Source of the DNA: Gammaproteobacteria bacterium
GTDB lineage: Bacteria; Pseudomonadota; Gammaproteobacteria; Eutrophobiales; Eutrophobiaceae
DNA length: 64,000 nucleotides
NCBI GenBank assembly: GCA_965222155.1
Contig: CBDCTH010000004.1
Coordinates: forward strand, 512,001 to 576,000
Direction: 5' to 3'
In this document: piece by piece, positions 1 to 8,506 of the stretch
Layout of the letters: the number at the start of each line of letters is the position of its first letter
Position numbering within the stretch: position 1 is the first letter of the stretch
The notes under the pieces: generated by a model
Databases searched by the model: none
What the model saw: only the letters and a program-made list of their open reading frames with translations
What the model was told of the DNA's origin: nothing
Position numbers and translations under genes: made by a program

Positions 1-231
1 ATACCCCTGAGCCGTTCGTCCCCCCGGCAGGGGAAAAATGAAAGGGTATTCACGGCTGCGTTGATATTTGCGGTGTATTACAACCTCAGCGGTGTTGCCC
101 AGACCTGGGTGGAGCAGGGCATAATGGATGAGATCCCCGGGGTCTGGTGGTTGCATGTACTGATGGCGCTGGTTGTTTTCATGTTCCTTTACGAGAGATT
201 TAATCGGCGTTTCCTGCAAGGGTTTCGTTAG
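1..231 (+). CDS. lptF: LptF-type LPS/lipid export permease, C-terminal part (truncated by window)
   Basis: Frame 1 reads IPLSRSSPRQGK...YYNL...WV...PGVWWLH to TAG at 229-231, typical of the LptF C-terminus; directly upstream of lptG. Confidence 0.85.
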   Translation: MPLSRSSPRQGKNERVFTAALIFAVYYNLSGVAQTWVEQGIMDEIPGVWWLHVLMALVVFMFLYERFNRRFLQGFR

Positions 232-276
232 CTCGGATATTGCACCAGATGGTCTTCACCAGCGAAAAGCCAGGTA

Positions 277-1347
277 GTGTCGATGAGTATCTCTGAAAAA
301 TACCTGATGCAGCAGATCAGCGTGGGGTTATTGATCGCAGCCGCAGTCTTGTTGCCGCTGTTCAGTTTCTTTGACCTGATTGATCAGATGGATGATATCG
401 GGGAAGGTTTTTATCGCGCGCGGGATGCGTTTTACATTGTTCTGTTGTTGTTGCCCAGGAGGTTGATTCAACTGCTCCCGTTTATTGCGCTGATCGGCAA
501 TGTGATTGCGCTCGGGCGGCTGGCGCTGAATTCGGAAATTATTGCCATGCGCGCCGCCGGACTGTCCCCTGCGAGCATCAGCCTGGCGTCTTTCAAAGTC
601 GGCCTGTGTCTGTTGCTGCTGCTGGGGGTACTGGAGCAATTTGCTGCCCCGTATTTTCAGAATAAAGCCATTGCCCATCGACTGGAAGCCTTGAACCAGA
701 GCGCCGAACTGGGCGCCGACCTGGGTATCTGGACGCGGGATAAAAACCGGGTTTTGCGGCTTGGAGAAGCGATCCGTGCGTCCTACGTGGAGGACGTGGA
801 AATATTCACCCTGGATGAACAGGGTTTGCTTAGCGGGTATATCCATGCGCAGGGCGCAGAGATAGGCAGTAGTGAACAGTGGAGCCTGTATAACGTAACC
901 ATGAAAGAATTCACTGGGGGCCAGGTAAACACGACGTCTTCAGCGCGCATGAACTGGCGCCCTTTTTTGAGTTCCGAGCAGGTTGACAAACTGACGCGGC
1001 CGGCTGAAAGCCTGGCCCCGACGGATTTATACCGCCATATCGATTACCTGAAGAGAACGGGGCAGCAACACGACGAGATATCACTGACCTTCTGGAGGAA
1101 ATTCGGCGCCGGCCTGATCATGCTTGCCATGCTGCTGCTGTCGGTGCCTTTTGTGTTCGGCTCGATACGGACGGGCATCGGCTCGCGCCTGGTGCTGGCC
1201 GGCATCACGGGAATCTGTGTCTACCTGCTGGACCAGATATCATCCAACGCCGGGTTATTGCTCAACCTGAATCACGCACTGGTTGCATTGACCCCCGGAC
1301 TTGCCCTGATGCTGATCGGTCGTCTGTGGTTGGAGCGGGTAGCCTGA
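277..1347 (+). CDS. lptG: LptG-type permease (YjgP/YjgQ family)
   Basis: Multi-TM protein with LALNSEIIAMRAAGLS and PFVFGSIR motifs; ATG at 283 is a possible start. Confidence 0.9.
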   Translation: MSMSISEKYLMQQISVGLLIAAAVLLPLFSFFDLIDQMDDIGEGFYRARDAFYIVLLLLPRRLIQLLPFIALIGNVIALGRLALNSEIIAMRAAGLSPASISLASFKVGLCLLLLLGVLEQFAAPYFQNKAIAHRLEALNQSAELGADLGIWTRDKNRVLRLGEAIRASYVEDVEIFTLDEQGLLSGYIHAQGAEIGSSEQWSLYNVTMKEFTGGQVNTTSSARMNWRPFLSSEQVDKLTRPAESLAPTDLYRHIDYLKRTGQQHDEISLTFWRKFGAGLIMLAMLLLSVPFVFGSIRTGIGSRLVLAGITGICVYLLDQISSNAGLLLNLNHALVALTPGLALMLIGRLWLERVA

Positions 1348-1382
1348 AACGGCAGGAATCCACCACGATGCCTGCGAAAGCA

Positions 1383-1471
1383 GGATATCTGGGGTCAGAG
1401 TAAAAATACCGTCAGGTTGGCAAGTGGCGCTTGTTTCTTGTAGAGCATTTTTACTCTGACCCCAGATATCC
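1383..1471. repeat. Perfect 25-bp inverted repeat (GGATATCTGGGGTCAGAGTAAAAAT), REP-like hairpin
   Basis: Arms 1383-1407 and 1447-1471 are exact reverse complements; right arm contains the stop codon of the convergent phosphoesterase. Confidence 0.85.
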
Positions 1472-2365
1472 CAGTTCCCGCTTCAGGTTTGCCTCGAATT
1501 TTTGTGTTTCTGCGTTGAAAATGAACGACTTGACGCGGGCCTGCCAGCCCTCCGCTGTTTTGCTTACCTGGTAGATGTTGTAGCCGGCGGATTTGTCCGG
1601 GTCTTTATAAGAGGCCGACGCGGACGGTACGCCGAACACCGGTATCGAGTGAGCGCCGGCTTCCAGCATTGCCTGCATCTGGCGGTGTCCGTGCCCGTGA
1701 ATAAGCAACTCCGCGCCCGTATCCGTCAGGGTTGACAGCAGTTCGTCCGCATCGTTCAAGCCGCGTCTAAAACTTGAGGAGTGCGGACTGTGATGCAGCA
1801 CAACGATACGGTATAAACCCCGTTGCGCGGTCGTCTCAAGCAGGTGACGGAGGCGCTGTAACTGTTCGCCGCCCAGCTTGCCGCTGGCGCAGAAGGGCGC
1901 CGTAGGTAGTGCGGTTGAAAGGCCGATAAGCGCTACCGGGCCGCGCACCCGCAGGTAGGGGAAGACATGGCTGTAGCGCGGTTCACCCGGGTCGCTCTGC
2001 ATATAGGCAAGCCAGCGCCCGGTTGTTTCGGTAAAATCAGTGGCCACGTATTGATCATGATTCCCCGGCACGATTGATATATAATCGGGCCCGCCGATGC
2101 TGTTCAGCCAGGTTTCGGTCTCGCGGCATTCGTTTGCCGTACCCAGGTGGGTGAAGTCCCCGCTGATGATCAGGTGGTCAGCCTGATGTCTTGCCAGGTC
2201 GGCAAGCGTACGGGACAGGACTTCCCTGCTGTGCGAGTCACGGCGTTTCAATTTCCATGAAAGATAACCGAGGATACGCTTGTTCAGCAAGTCATCCCAG
2301 TTAATGTGGTCGAGCGACGACAGGTGGGGATCGGAAATGTGGGCAATCTTCAGGGTTGAATTCAC
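1451..2365 (-). CDS. Calcineurin-like metallophosphoesterase
   Basis: Motifs HISDPH, ISGDFT, PGNHD, LHH, HGHGH. Confidence 0.9.
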   Translation of the reverse strand: MNSTLKIAHISDPHLSSLDHINWDDLLNKRILGYLSWKLKRRDSHSREVLSRTLADLARHQADHLIISGDFTHLGTANECRETETWLNSIGGPDYISIVPGNHDQYVATDFTETTGRWLAYMQSDPGEPRYSHVFPYLRVRGPVALIGLSTALPTAPFCASGKLGGEQLQRLRHLLETTAQRGLYRIVVLHHSPHSSSFRRGLNDADELLSTLTDTGAELLIHGHGHRQMQAMLEAGAHSIPVFGVPSASASYKDPDKSAGYNIYQVSKTAEGWQARVKSFIFNAETQKFEANLKRELGYLGSE

Positions 2366-2403
2366 GTTGACTGGTTAAGGGTGTATTATCAGGTAAATAT
2401 AAA

Positions 2404-2526
2404 GCCACAGAGTACACCGAGTACACAGAGAAAAAAACAGGTAAACTCCAGCTTAATCGATCAACATTCAGGTTGCCCAGGTATCAGGAAGATGCTTTCT
2501 TCCTGGCGCAAGGTACTCTCTGTGGC
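2404..2526. repeat. 9-bp-period hairpin cassette (GCCACAGAG...CTCTGTGGC), copy 1
   Basis: GCCACAGAG-TACACCGAG-TACACAGAG left arm; GTACTCTCTGTGGC right arm. Confidence 0.75.
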
Positions 2527-2544
2527 ACACCAGAAAGATAATTA

Positions 2545-3705
2545 ATGAATACTTATGTTCAAATCATCGGCAACAGCCGGACCAGAATATGGGGGATGAC
2601 CGGCCGTGAACGGCTGGTGCGTATGTTGGATAAAATCGCCGGGGTGGAAATCATTAGCGAACAGGCAGACTTGCCGTCCGGCGCGCCTGTCATTTTTTTC
2701 AGGGGGGATTATATATACGATACCCGGGTTTTACAGGCAGTTATCGGCATGGACGGCGAGTTTGTATTATACCGGCAGGATGGCGCTACTGCCGTCGCAA
2801 TACGGGCAAACAACTATGACGTAAATATATTCGATCTTGACCATTACCCGGAAGCATTGGCAAAGGTAGCGCTAAATCACCTGGTCAACCCCTACAACGA
2901 TCAGTTGAAAAAATATGAGCAGGCCAAGGTTTGGCAGATTAGGCCGGACAACCGGGACTTTCTTGAGCAGGCGTTGTTCAGCGGTTCTTATAAAGGCGTA
3001 ACTGACCTGGTGACCAAATGGGTCTGGCCGTTACCGGCAAGATGGGCGACAAAATTCTGCACATGGCTTAAATTGAAACCGAACCATGTGACCTTATTCA
3101 GCCTGGTGCTGGCAATCCTGGCCGGTGTTGCCTTCTGGCATGGTGCATTCACCAGCGGCTTGTTGCTGGGCTGGTTCATGACCTTTCTGGATACCGTGGA
3201 CGGTAAGCTGGCCAGGGTGACGCTGACCTCAAGCCGTTTCGGCGACCTGCTGGACCATGGCCTGGACCTGATACATCCCCCGCTCTGGTATATCGCCTGG
3301 GGAGTGGGATTAACCGTTCAAGCGGCAGAGTTGATGTCATTGACGTTGCTGATCGGCCTGATATTTGCCGCTTACCTCGGCGGCCGGTTCTGTGAAGGGA
3401 TTTTTCAACATTTCATTGCCGGTTTCTCGATCTTCATGTGGCAGCCTGTTGATTCATTGAACCGGTTAATCACTGCCCGGCGTAATCCAAATTTGCTGAT
3501 ACTGACAGCCGGGGTGATAGCGGGACGACCTGACATGGGACTTGCGCTGGTCATCGCCTGGCATCTGCTATCCACTTTGTTCCTGATCATCAGGCTCGCC
3601 AACGCCTGGCAGGTGAGACAAAACCAGGGCTCACTGGTGAGTTGGCTGGAACGGGTCGGAGCGGAAGTCCGCCATAACAGAGTGGCCGTAAAGATATTCA
3701 CATGA
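2545..3705 (+). CDS. CDP-alcohol phosphatidyltransferase family protein with N-terminal extension
   Basis: Signature PNHVT...LDTVDGKLAR...SRFGDLLDHGLD. Confidence 0.9.
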   Translation: MNTYVQIIGNSRTRIWGMTGRERLVRMLDKIAGVEIISEQADLPSGAPVIFFRGDYIYDTRVLQAVIGMDGEFVLYRQDGATAVAIRANNYDVNIFDLDHYPEALAKVALNHLVNPYNDQLKKYEQAKVWQIRPDNRDFLEQALFSGSYKGVTDLVTKWVWPLPARWATKFCTWLKLKPNHVTLFSLVLAILAGVAFWHGAFTSGLLLGWFMTFLDTVDGKLARVTLTSSRFGDLLDHGLDLIHPPLWYIAWGVGLTVQAAELMSLTLLIGLIFAAYLGGRFCEGIFQHFIAGFSIFMWQPVDSLNRLITARRNPNLLILTAGVIAGRPDMGLALVIAWHLLSTLFLIIRLANAWQVRQNQGSLVSWLERVGAEVRHNRVAVKIFT

Positions 3706-4664
3706 GTCGGTTTTCAGGGCCGGACATAGCGCCGGCATTACTCGACGTCATCGCCCGACAGTGCGCCGAGCCCGTTCCGGAATCCTGTGCTGCCATCACC
3801 ACGGCAATCAGGGAATCCTACGGCGCTGCGCTTCAGGGAGTCCTGTTATACGGTTCCTGCTCAAGGGATGAGGCTATGGAAGACGGCATTGTTGATATTT
3901 ACGCCATCGTCGATGACTATAATTCTGTTTATGAAAAACGTTACCTGGCATACCTGAATGCCTGGTTGGCGCCTAACGTCTTTTATCAGGAAATCTCCGG
4001 CGAGCACGGTTTAATCAGGATTAAACTGGCGCTAATCAGCCTGGCGGATTTTACCGGTGGGATCATGAACTGGTTTCATTCCTACCTGTGGGGGCGGTTT
4101 GCCCAACCGGCGCGGATACTCTATACGCGTGATGAGACAGTGCGGCGCGCAATACACAAGCTCATGGCGCAGGCTGTGTTGACCCTGCTTGAGACATCGA
4201 TCCCAACCCTGCGGGAAGAGTCCGGGAATGCAGAATCAATCTGGACCCGGGCCTTGTCTTTATCCTATTCCGCGGAATATCGACCTGAACCCGGGGCCAA
4301 AGCCGGCCAGTTGGTCAGGTCCGATTTGGCCGCTTACGCCGGCCTGCTGGACGCTGCTTTACCCATGCTCGATACGATACTGCTTCGTCAAAACGAAGAT
4401 AATTATCTGCGCCTGAGTGATCACAGTACCATGAAGGCGGTGCTACGCCGCTGGCGTCTGCGGCGCTGGCAGGGACGCGTCCTGTCTGTCCTGAGGTTGA
4501 TGAAAGCGACCCTGACGTTTCAAAACGGTGTTGATTATGCCGCCTGGAAGATCAACCGGCATACCGGCGTCACGATTGAAGTCACCCCCGAACTGCGCCG
4601 CCATCCCCTGTTGTTCGGCTGGCGGGTATTCCGGCAATTGATAAAACGGGGCGTTATACATTAA
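3702..4664 (+). CDS. Nucleotidyltransferase-fold protein, Tam41/Mmp37-like putative cytidylyltransferase
   Basis: LLYGS...IVDIYAIVDDY pol-beta-type motif; SYLWGRFAQP and GVDYAAWKINRH resemble Tam41-like proteins; coupled to upstream gene (ATGA overlap). Confidence 0.65.
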   Translation: MSRFSGPDIAPALLDVIARQCAEPVPESCAAITTAIRESYGAALQGVLLYGSCSRDEAMEDGIVDIYAIVDDYNSVYEKRYLAYLNAWLAPNVFYQEISGEHGLIRIKLALISLADFTGGIMNWFHSYLWGRFAQPARILYTRDETVRRAIHKLMAQAVLTLLETSIPTLREESGNAESIWTRALSLSYSAEYRPEPGAKAGQLVRSDLAAYAGLLDAALPMLDTILLRQNEDNYLRLSDHSTMKAVLRRWRLRRWQGRVLSVLRLMKATLTFQNGVDYAAWKINRHTGVTIEVTPELRRHPLLFGWRVFRQLIKRGVIH

Positions 4665-4671
4665 ATATAGA

Positions 4672-4817
4672 GCCACAGAGGACACAGAGATCACAGGGTG
4701 GACCGAGAAGGCCGGCAGGCCTTTGTTTCATCCGCAGATGACGCAGACGACGCAGATTAGCACAGATTAAAACTTGTCTATTTATTTTTTCTCTGTGATC
4801 TCTGTGTCCTCTGTGGC
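4672..4817. repeat. 9-bp-period hairpin cassette, copy 2, with nested CGCAGA(T/C) array
   Basis: Perfect 25-bp IR GCCACAGAGGACACAGAGATCACAG; interior CCGCAGATGACGCAGACGACGCAGATTAGCACAGAT. Confidence 0.85.
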
Positions 4818-4873
4818 ATGACAAATCTATGCTAATCTGCAACAAAAAAGGGTTCTGGCCCATATCCTGAAAT

Positions 4874-5605
4874 ATGCAGACTGGAAAGAAAAAACATCGC
4901 CTCAGCGTGGCGCTGGGATTGTGGATCATCAAGCGGGTAGAGCAGGTTTTGATCAGGTTTTCCCTGGTTGGCGATACGCCTTTCCTGCCGCCCTCGGCAT
5001 TTGCCTGGGTGGAATTACTGGAATCCAACTGGGAGGTGATTCGCGCGGAACTGGACCAGGTATTGAAGACCCCGGAACGCATCCCGAATTTTCAGGACAT
5101 CTCGACCGACCAGGCCAATATCACCCGGGATGACAAGTGGAAGTCTTATTTCCTTTACGGATATGGCTATAAAATGCCCGACAACTGCAAGCAGTGCCCG
5201 GAAACGACGCGGATTATCGAAGCGATACCCGGTATGTTTACCGCTTTTTTTTCCGTGCTGGCGCCGGGCAAGCACATACCCAGGCATCGGGGACCTTACC
5301 GGGGCCTGCTGCGCGGTCACCTGGCGCTGGTTGTCCCTGAGCCGCGGGAAGCCTGCTGGATAGAAGTGGGCGACGAGACTACTCCCTGGGAAGAGGGACG
5401 CTGTATTGTTTTTGATGATACCTACAAACACCGGGTGGAGAATAATACCGACGGTGTCCGGGTGGTGTTGTTCCTTGATGTATTGCGTCCGTTGAAATTT
5501 CCCGGTTCGTTCCTAAACCGGGCCATACTTCAACTGATCCGACTATCGCCGTTTATCCAGGATGCCCGCCGCAACCAGGTAGCCTGGGAGAAACGCCTTG
5601 ACTAG
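4874..5605 (+). CDS. Aspartyl/asparaginyl beta-hydroxylase-family Fe(II)/2OG dioxygenase (LpxO-like)
   Basis: FSVLAPGKHIPRHRGPY, HLALVVP, FDDTYKH, RVVLFLD. Confidence 0.85.
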   Translation: MQTGKKKHRLSVALGLWIIKRVEQVLIRFSLVGDTPFLPPSAFAWVELLESNWEVIRAELDQVLKTPERIPNFQDISTDQANITRDDKWKSYFLYGYGYKMPDNCKQCPETTRIIEAIPGMFTAFFSVLAPGKHIPRHRGPYRGLLRGHLALVVPEPREACWIEVGDETTPWEEGRCIVFDDTYKHRVENNTDGVRVVLFLDVLRPLKFPGSFLNRAILQLIRLSPFIQDARRNQVAWEKRLD

Positions 5606-5633
5606 TTTAAAGTTTTTAGTTATTAGTTTTTAG
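5603..5633 (+). repeat. 7-mer tandem array (TTTTTAG)x4, left arm of four-helix-bundle cassette
   Basis: TAG-TTTAAAG-TTTTTAG-TTATTAG-TTTTTAG. Confidence 0.8.
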
Positions 5634-5642
5634 TGTGAGGTA

Positions 5643-6011
5643 TTGAATATGGAGCATTCAAGAAGTTATCGGGACTTAATAGTATGGAAGAAATCGATCA
5701 ACCTGATTGGCAGAATTTATTCTTCTACATGCTGTTTTCCCAAGGAAGAGATGTATGGCATTACTTCTCAGCTCAGGCGGGCTGGGATTTCTATAGCAGC
5801 CAATATAGCAGAAGGACAGGCCAGAAACACCATCGGGGAGTTTCGGCAGTTTCTTGGAATAGCTCAAGGCTCATTGGCAGAGTTGGAGACATTACTCATA
5901 ATATCAGAGAATTTGGGTTATCTGAAAGCACAGGAAGCTGAAACCTTGCTGAACGGATGTGAAGAAATTGGCAAGTTATCAGCAGGCTTAAAAAAATCGC
6001 TAACCCACTGA
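5643..6011 (+). CDS. Four-helix-bundle protein (23S rRNA-IVS protein-like family)
   Basis: SYRDLIVWKKS...FPKEEMYGITSQLRRA..SIAANIAEG...FLGIAQGSLAELET; ATG at 5649 is the likely start. Confidence 0.92.
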   Translation: MNMEHSRSYRDLIVWKKSINLIGRIYSSTCCFPKEEMYGITSQLRRAGISIAANIAEGQARNTIGEFRQFLGIAQGSLAELETLLIISENLGYLKAQEAETLLNGCEEIGKLSAGLKKSLTH

Positions 6012-6020
6012 ATTATCAAT

Positions 6021-6062
6021 CTAAAAACCAAAAACTAAAAACCAAAAACTAGAAACTAAAAA
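6021..6062 (+). repeat. 7-mer tandem array (C(T/C)AAAAA)x6, right arm of four-helix-bundle cassette
   Basis: CTAAAAA-CCAAAAA-CTAAAAA-CCAAAAA-CTAGAAA-CTAAAAA, reverse complement of the left arm. Confidence 0.8.
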
Positions 6063-6993
6063 CAAACCGGAGAGTCGTTTCAGCCAGGTCAATCCTGTCC
6101 TGCATGGAGCGCATGATGGTATCAGTGACCTCCACCCTGACTCCCAGTTTTTCTATTTCTTCCGTTTCATGCTCGTCGATCCGGTCAATAATCAATCCGT
6201 CCAGGAAGTCGCGGTAATAGTCGGCGACTGACAGGTTGCTCGCCGGCATATTCAGTTCCTGCATGATCTTGGCCGCGGGGCCTCTCAGCGCGTTCCCCCC
6301 GATGATCGGGGAAACCGCGACAACAGGGGCGGCAACCGACTGCAGGATTGGGCGTATGTGTTTCAGGGACAGGATGGGGTCTATGCTGAGGAAAGGGTTC
6401 GACGGGCACAGGATGACAGCATCCAGGTCATTGGAGGTGAGCAGGCCGGCGAAATCCGGCTGGGCGCAGGCTATATCAGAACCGGCAAATTCGATTGATG
6501 CTACTTTGGGCTGACAACCCAGGCGTACGAAATAATCCTGGAAGGATAGCTTTCCCCGGTCAGTCACGATGAGCGTCCGCAACGGGTCATCGGTCATTGG
6601 AATGATCCTGTGTTTAATGCCGAATGAACGGCTGAGCGCCTGAGTAACCGCATCCAGCCCCAAACCCTGTTTCAATGCCCGGGTCCGGTATAAATGGGTA
6701 GCGAGGTCTTTGTCACCCAGGTTGAACCAAGCCGCCTGCTCAAAGCGGGAAATTGCCTCCATGAAACTCCAGGTTTCGCCGGCAAGTCCCCAGCCCCGGT
6801 CCCGGTCCGACACCTCAGCCAGCGTGTACATGACCGTATCCAGGTCAGGTGAGACATGCAGTCCCAGATGCTCGAAATCATCACCGGTATTGACGACAAT
6901 GACAAGGTCATCCGGCCCGACTACCTTGCTGAGACCGTGGGCAAGTTTCGCTCCACCCACGCCTCCGCACAGGGATAAAACGGTTTTATCCAT
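6049..6993 (-). CDS. cofD: 2-phospho-L-lactate transferase (F420 biosynthesis)
   Basis: GGVGGAKL, VNTGDDFEHLGLHVSPDLDTVMYTLA, FQDYFV, PSNPFLSI, GPAAKIM. Confidence 0.93.
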   Translation of the reverse strand: MDKTVLSLCGGVGGAKLAHGLSKVVGPDDLVIVVNTGDDFEHLGLHVSPDLDTVMYTLAEVSDRDRGWGLAGETWSFMEAISRFEQAAWFNLGDKDLATHLYRTRALKQGLGLDAVTQALSRSFGIKHRIIPMTDDPLRTLIVTDRGKLSFQDYFVRLGCQPKVASIEFAGSDIACAQPDFAGLLTSNDLDAVILCPSNPFLSIDPILSLKHIRPILQSVAAPVVAVSPIIGGNALRGPAAKIMQELNMPASNLSVADYYRDFLDGLIIDRIDEHETEEIEKLGVRVEVTDTIMRSMQDRIDLAETTLRFVFSF

Positions 6994-7061
6994 TGGAGAG
7001 ATAATCAATGTTTATCAAATAATAATAAAGATGTATTTTATACCAGCGAAATTCTCCCTGC

Positions 7062-7386
7062 CGTCATTCCGGCACCCGTTCTCGTCGTCATTCCGGCACC
7101 CGTTCTCGTCGTCATTCCGGCACCTGTTCTCGTCGTCATTCCGGCGCAGGCTGCACGCACGCCGTCATTCTGGCACCTGTTCTCGTCGTTATTCTAGCAC
7201 CCGTTCTCGTCGTCATTCCGGCGAATGCCGGAATCCAGTAAGCAACCTTCCTTATTATAATGAATAAGTTGTCTACTGGATTCCGGCATTCGCCGGAATG
7301 ACAGCAAGGTCGCCGGAATGACGGTAAGGTCGCCGGGATGACGGTAAGGTCGCCGGGATGACGGCAGGGTCGCCGGGATGACGGTA
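7062..7386. repeat. Expanded REP-like palindrome: six ~24-bp units, core doublet, four 20-bp units
   Basis: Units CGTCATTCCGGCACCCGTTCTCGT at 7062, 7086, 7110, 7134, 7163, 7187; core IR 7211-7302; CGCCGG(A/G)ATGACGG units at 7311, 7331, 7351, 7371. Confidence 0.9.
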
Positions 7387-7389
7387 TTC

Positions 7390-8166
7390 TTACCTGAACA
7401 GGTCTTTGTCCGGCGCTCTTATCAGCGCGCTGGCGTCCTCGTCCCGGCCGCGCAGTTCAAGACCTTTGATCAGCACCGCCGGTATGCCCTGTGCCGCCTG
7501 GCCCATGACCAGGGAGGCGGCTGCGGCAATCTCATCTGCGATACCTACCTCGGTCACGCGCAACGGGTTGCCGTGCAAGTCGCGTTCACCGCGCAGGTCC
7601 AGCAGGCAGGGCAGGCCGGCGGCGCCGATGGCGATGCCGGTGACGCCGTTGCGCCAGGCGCGGCCGGCGCTGTCGTTGATGATAACACCGACGTGGGCGC
7701 CCCGACGCGTCTTGATTGCTGCGTGAATTTCAGCAGCGCTGACATTGGCGTCTTCGGGCAACAGCAATACCTTTTCCGAGCTGGTGTTTTGTGGGATATT
7801 GGAGTGGTCGATACCGGCGTTGGCATGGACGAATCCCAGTTTGTGTTCAACGATTAAAACGTCTTCCCGGTACCTGACCAGCCGTTTCGATTGAGCCAGT
7901 ATCAACTCCACCAGGCGCGGGTCTTTATTGACTTTTTGCGCCAGTTGCTCGGCCTGGTCCGATGGTGTTACCTCGGCCAGGTCCACGTAGCGGTTCTCTG
8001 CCTTCGAGATAATCTTCTGGGCGATAACCAGGATATCGCCGTCAACAAGAGGGTATTCCTGCAACCGGGCCAGCAGCAGTTGTGCCAGGTTATCGCCGGG
8101 CATGATTTCAGCAATACCGCGCACGGGCAGCAGTTGAATACCCTTGTCTGATTTGTTGCTGTTCAT
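7390..8166 (-). CDS. cofE: Coenzyme F420-0:L-glutamate ligase
   Basis: DGDILVIAQKIISKAE, ANAGIDHSN, GRAWRNG, IADEIAAAASLVMGQ; start taken at ATG 8166 because the ORF extension runs through repeats. Confidence 0.92.
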   Translation of the reverse strand: MNSNKSDKGIQLLPVRGIAEIMPGDNLAQLLLARLQEYPLVDGDILVIAQKIISKAENRYVDLAEVTPSDQAEQLAQKVNKDPRLVELILAQSKRLVRYREDVLIVEHKLGFVHANAGIDHSNIPQNTSSEKVLLLPEDANVSAAEIHAAIKTRRGAHVGVIINDSAGRAWRNGVTGIAIGAAGLPCLLDLRGERDLHGNPLRVTEVGIADEIAAAASLVMGQAAQGIPAVLIKGLELRGRDEDASALIRAPDKDLFR

Positions 8167-8202
8167 AACAGTGATCCAAGTAACGTTCCGGCGTATGTTA
8201 TC

Positions 8203-8433
8203 GTCGTTCCGGCGCATGCCGAGTAGTGGCACATAGCCTGCCCCTGCATGCTGTAAGCAGGGGGATGTGCCGTCAACGGACCAAAGGACGGAGTAGTGGC
8301 ACATGGATGTGCCGTCAACGAACCAAAGGACGGAAATCCAGTAAATAATGAGTCGCCTCAGGCGACACAATAACATACTGGATACCGGGTCAAGCCCGGT
8401 ATGACGACGGGGGGTCAAGCCCGGTATGACGAC
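8203..8433. repeat. Nested repeat cluster: REP arm interrupted by two GGCACATGGATGTGCC units
   Basis: CGTCGTTCCGGCGCATGCCG...GAAATCCAG split by duplicated GAGTAGTGGCACAT...CAAAGGACG; closing arm CTGGATACCGGGTCAAGCCCGGTATGAC, partly duplicated. Confidence 0.75.
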
Positions 8434-8506
8434 AAAGGCCGCCGCGCTATAATAAACGCCTTTGATGCCTCATGGATGACTTTTAGAACTATTCCGTGTA
8501 TTAATC

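Noticed and set aside
5643-6011. Avd of a diversity-generating retroelement
   Set aside because: Similar fold class, but no reverse transcriptase or TR/VR pair in the window
6710-7267. ORF with repeated SSSFRHPF peptides
   Set aside because: Antisense to cofD and a translation of the 24-bp repeat
7062-7386. CRISPR array
   Set aside because: Units are contiguous without unique spacers, form a palindrome around a REP core, and no cas genes are present
8167-8418. N-terminal extension of CofE
   Set aside because: Encoded by nested repeats; CofE-like sequence begins at ATG 8166
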